DNA of 63,534 bases, filler included, from Nemertoderma westbladi (lineage: Eukaryota; Animalia; Xenacoelomorpha), in assembly GCA_032718475.1 (NCBI GenBank). It is 5 parts of 5 records of this genome, joined end to end, with 100 filler letters (N's around TTAATTAATTAA, not from the genome) between each part and the next. Parts side by side here need not be neighbours in the genome. Positions count along the whole stretch, not along the records: positions 59,090 to 63,534 come from JAUCBJ010001145.1; 4 more parts are not named here. The stretch is one strand, 5' to 3'. The position numbers and the translations under genes were made by a program. The notes beneath the pieces are model-generated. The model searched no databases, was not told the origin of the DNA, and saw only the letters and a list, made by a program, of their open reading frames with translations. Positions 60,060 to 63,534 of the stretch are shown one piece after another (the first letter of the stretch is position 1; the number at the start of each line of letters is the position of its first letter).

Positions 60060-61360
60060 ACTACTACTACTACTGCAAACTCCGACAGTGGAAATGAGAT
60101 CCTTCCAGGTCCTCCCCGATTCTCCATAGTTGTCGCAATTTCGTTTCTCCCAAGTTCAGTATCCCTTTTAAGTTGATCTATATATGTTATGGCCAGTTGT
60201 CCATGACTACACTTTCCATGTTCTATGCATGTCCTTAGATCATCATAATGATGATGGGGTGATGATAACTCCACCTACTGGCTCCAGAAGTCGAGGAAAT
60301 CCTGCCAAGTACCTAACTGATCTAGACTTTGCTGGTGACTTAGGAGTACTCCCAGAATCACTAGAGGGAGCCCAGCAGCTCATCAGCTCATTAGAACATG
60401 CTGCTTCTAGTGTTGGTCTTTTTATTAACTCCAGAAAGACCAAAATGTTGACAGTTAACTTTGAAAGTTCTTAGCAAGTCTCTGATCGGATGAGCATAAG
60501 CTCAAAGGATGGTATGCTTGAGCATGTGGACGACTTCTGTTACCTGGGATCATGGATCCGGAAGTCAGATGAGGACCTTTGAATACGTAAGGGAAAGGCT
60601 TGAGCAGCCTTTAATAGGCTTTCCAGGATTTGGAAGTCACTGAGAATTAATCGGAAACTTAAGTTCCGAATATTTAGAGCAGCAGTAGTTCCAGTACTCC
60701 TCTATGGGAGTCCATGCTGGGCTCTAACTGCTGAGGACACCAAATCTCTGGATGGCACATTCACAAGAATGCTACGCCGGGTTCATTGTGTCAAGTACAA
60801 TGCACACATCTCAAACCAGACACTATATAACATTGGAGGTGTCTCATTGGTTCCCCCAAGCTTGACACTAGAACAAAATCGCCTCCGCTTTGCAGGACAT
60901 TGCTTTCGCTGTGAGGACCAGTCAGTGTATAATCTTGTACTTTGGCAGTCTCATGGAGTGAATAAGCATGATGGACAGCCCATGACTTTCTTGAGACGCA
61001 TCTTAAAGGACACTGATCTTGAAGATGCGGATGATCTAGCAAATGTCATGGGTGATAGGGAGTTGTGGCGCCGCAATTTTGTCGACAAGCCGGCACAGCT
61101 TTCTTAAAAATGCAGCTGCAATGCAGCATTTCGATACTAGTAGTAGTACTAGTAGTAGTAGTATGCTTTCCATGAGTTGGTTGCCAGAGAAGTAGATCTG
61201 GTATGACGTCTTTACTTTGCCAGCAGTGCCCACTGAATCTTAATCTGCGTTCACAGAGGGTGGTTGATACAGGTGGTATTGTACCATAAAGCTTAGCGAT
61301 TATCATGTGTTGTCTCCAGCTGATGTTTAGAGCTGCCCTTAGTAGTCTTGTGTAGCAACC
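60060..61360 (-). mobile_element. RTE 3' fragment (same family as 54640-57630), split by a nested RTE
   Basis: YTRLLRAALNISWRQH...RRLRFSGHCW...LLWQPTHGK | ...TYIDQLKRDT...TMENR, then a (GTA)n tail at ~60060-60073. Confidence 0.85.
60221..61161 (+). mobile_element. Nested 5'-truncated RTE (family of 42789-43530)
   Basis: LTDLDFAGD, FCYLGSW, RLRFAGHC, (TAG)n tail. Flanked by a 13-bp TSD at 60208-60220 / 61162-61174. Confidence 0.88.
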
Positions 61361-61399
61361 AATCAATTCGTTGTTCAAGTGATTTAGTCCCAACTGAGC

Positions 61400-62555
61400 C
61401 AGGAGGGCGCGGACTTCCACACAAAGAGGGGCTATGTATCATACATAGCGAGGATATACGATCCACTAGGCCTAGCATCCCCATTATTAGTCACGGGGAA
61501 TCAGATACTTAAGAAAGTATATAAGCTAAAAGACGAATGGGATACAGAGGCCCCGGAAGAGATCAGCAAGCAGTGGTGCAAGTGGAGAGTTTAGAACAGA
61601 TGGGGACATACAGCATGGCACGCGTATATTTCCCGGATGGGGACATGACAAATCTGGATCTACACATGTTCTTCGATGCGTCGTTGGAGGCATATGGAGC
61701 GGCACTTTACCTAGTACAACGGGAGGGGGCCCAGACTTGCCAGATTCAGCATCGGTCCCGAAACTCGAGTTGACAGCTGCGAGGTTAGGAGTAAGGGCCA
61801 CAACCTACTTGATGGACGCTATTCCCAACATATTGGAAACACACTACTGGATGGACTCCATGGTAGTGCTTGGTTGGCTACACAATGAGAAGACGAGATA
61901 CCCTATATTCGTCGCAAATATGGTGGACGAAATAAGAGCGAAGACTGAGTTGGAAAGGTGGCACTACTGCCCAACGGACGAGAACCCAGCGGACTTGTTA
62001 TCGAGGGGTGTGGCACGCCACACTTTCTTGAAGAAGGAAGTATTGTGGCAGCACGGGCCACAATTCCTGAACGACAAGACAGCCTGGCCACCGATGAAGA
62101 AGGAGGACCCGGGCTTAGAGGAAGCAGCACTAGAGGAAGAATTCGAGGAAGAGATTCAGAAGGCGAAGAAATATATAGCCAGATGGTGAGGGAGATATGG
62201 GACGTGCAACCAAAACCGGAAGAACTAAGCGATAACCCGACGGACAAACTCCTCAGCTACAGCTCAAGTTGGTACAAGACCAAGAAGTTAGTGGCATACT
62301 GGAGAGCCTTCAGGGATTTCCTCAAGGGAGTCGGCAAAGTCACAAAAAATAAACCAAACATCGATCTGGAGGGAGCGGCCAAGGCCATCATCCGCTACGA
62401 AAAGAGAAAGAACTACGGCGACAAGGTAGAACGCGTCGGTAAACAACAGCATCTCCGACGGGACAGTGAGCTGATCGCGCTGTCGCCACAACTCAATGAC
62501 GATGGGATCTTAGTAATGAACCCCAGAGTGCTAAATAACAACAGCATCGAAAAAT
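61400..62555 (+). mobile_element. BEL/Pao LTR retrotransposon pol fragment (end of RT, RNase H)
   Basis: TKR......IYDPLG, LHMFFDAS..AYGA..Y, VPKLEL.AA, W.DS.VVL.W, W.YCPT.ENPADLLSRG, W.HGP.FL. Frameshifted. Confidence 0.9.
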
Positions 62556-62595
62556 TTTCTTTTTTATAGGAGTTTTTATAAAATAATTATATTAA

Positions 62596-62653
62596 CAGAT
62601 TAAGGTATATATATTTCGGCGGGTAATTCCCGTCATTATCAATAGAAAATCTG
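62596..62653 (-). ncRNA. Degenerate minimal hammerhead (U3-A8 variant) downstream of the second Penelope ORF
   Basis: Minus strand CAGATT-ttc-TA TTGATAA T GACGGG-aatta-CCCGCC GAAA TATA TA TA-cctt-AATCTG. Confidence 0.6.
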
Positions 62654-62841
62654 AATTGGTATGGTAAGTACTGAAGTACTACTGTAATACCGGTAAGGAA
62701 TTGCACGCACGTTGTATATAATATAAGGATACAGAAAATATAGCCTACAACTGTACAAGATTTTCAAACATGAATTTTAATTTTTTTGAAACTCCCAACC
62801 CCCCCCCCCCCCCCCCCCCCCCCCACCACTAATGGTCCGAG

Positions 62842-63534
62842 TTATGGTCGTAATTTTCTGAGAAACCGTCCTCCACTGCCCTTAAGCAGTGCTGCTACAC
62901 TTAAGTGGTCTACTTCTACCGATAACCGTTTGTTTAGTGCATTAGGTCCCAAAGCCCGTATGTACATACTCTCTAAAATACATCGTCTGTCCTTACTGCC
63001 CTTACCGACTACAGATGCTAGGTCAAATCTGGGTACATGTCCTGTTACAACGTGGTGTTCTGCAAGGTCTGTTGCTTTGGCCCGTTGGTGTCTGATGTCT
63101 GCATCATGCTGAACCAGTCTATCGTCTAGGGTATATTCTGTTTGGCCTATGTATGCACGGTCACATTCACAAGGTATGCAATAAACAACTCCCCTAGGTA
63201 GTGCTTTTGGTTTGTGTCCTGTTAAGAGATAAGATCCTATTTTTCGTCCCGTGAGGAAATACGTATCTATACCATAAAGAGCGCAGACTTTTTCTAGACT
63301 ATTTGTTAAACCAGAGATATAAGGGAGACCTATTTTTATGTCAAAGCTGTCCTTAGGCGGTGGGGTTCTCGGATTATCAAATCGCGTATTGACCCGTCGT
63401 TTTGTGTTGTAGATAACTCTGGGTGGGTACCCATTGAGGCGCAATGTTTTCATTAACTCAGTCTGTGTGTCATTGCGGGCTTGGGTGGAGGAACATATTC
63501 CATTTGTTCGGTAGAATAAACCCGAACAAACACC
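62842..63534 (-). mobile_element. Second Penelope-like element: thumb/linker + GIY-YIG; continues beyond the window
   Basis: LRLNGYP, LPYISG, GVVYCIPCECDRAYIGQT...R..QH, LAEH....GH, R.ILES.YI......LN. Confidence 0.9.

Overview
This is AT-rich eukaryotic (animal-like) genomic DNA. It is made of five contigs joined by artificial N44-TTAATTAATTAA-N44 linkers, so adjacency across 17.7, 42.7, 51.5 and 59.0 kb is not biological evidence. Host genes are the last three exons of a phospholipase C-beta4/NorpA-like gene (+), and uninterrupted coding regions for LETM1, DERA, a CLK/LAMMER kinase and a frameshifted nitrobindin/THAP4-like gene (all -). A few orphan exons are also present. The rest is a dense mobile-element landscape: two Penelope-like elements, RTE, CR1/L2 and BEL/Pao relics, hAT-, Harbinger-, piggyBac- and Tc1-like MITEs, Helentron/DINE-like repeats and several satellites. 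The most notable observations are: (1) four hammerhead-ribozyme motifs of the minimal Penelope type, three with a U3-A8 core and two lying sense in one PLC-beta intron; (2) one Meta-domain-like SINE whose separate modules each seeded a different tandem array (37-bp, 28-bp/6.7 kb and 40-bp), the first two built on cUUCGg hairpins; (3) LETM1 nested antisense in a PLC-beta intron; (4) a CLK with APE changed to AIE and a possible spliced, uORF-bearing leader; (5) a shared core motif inside MITEs with unrelated termini. All calls were made by eye; no searches or folding programs were run.
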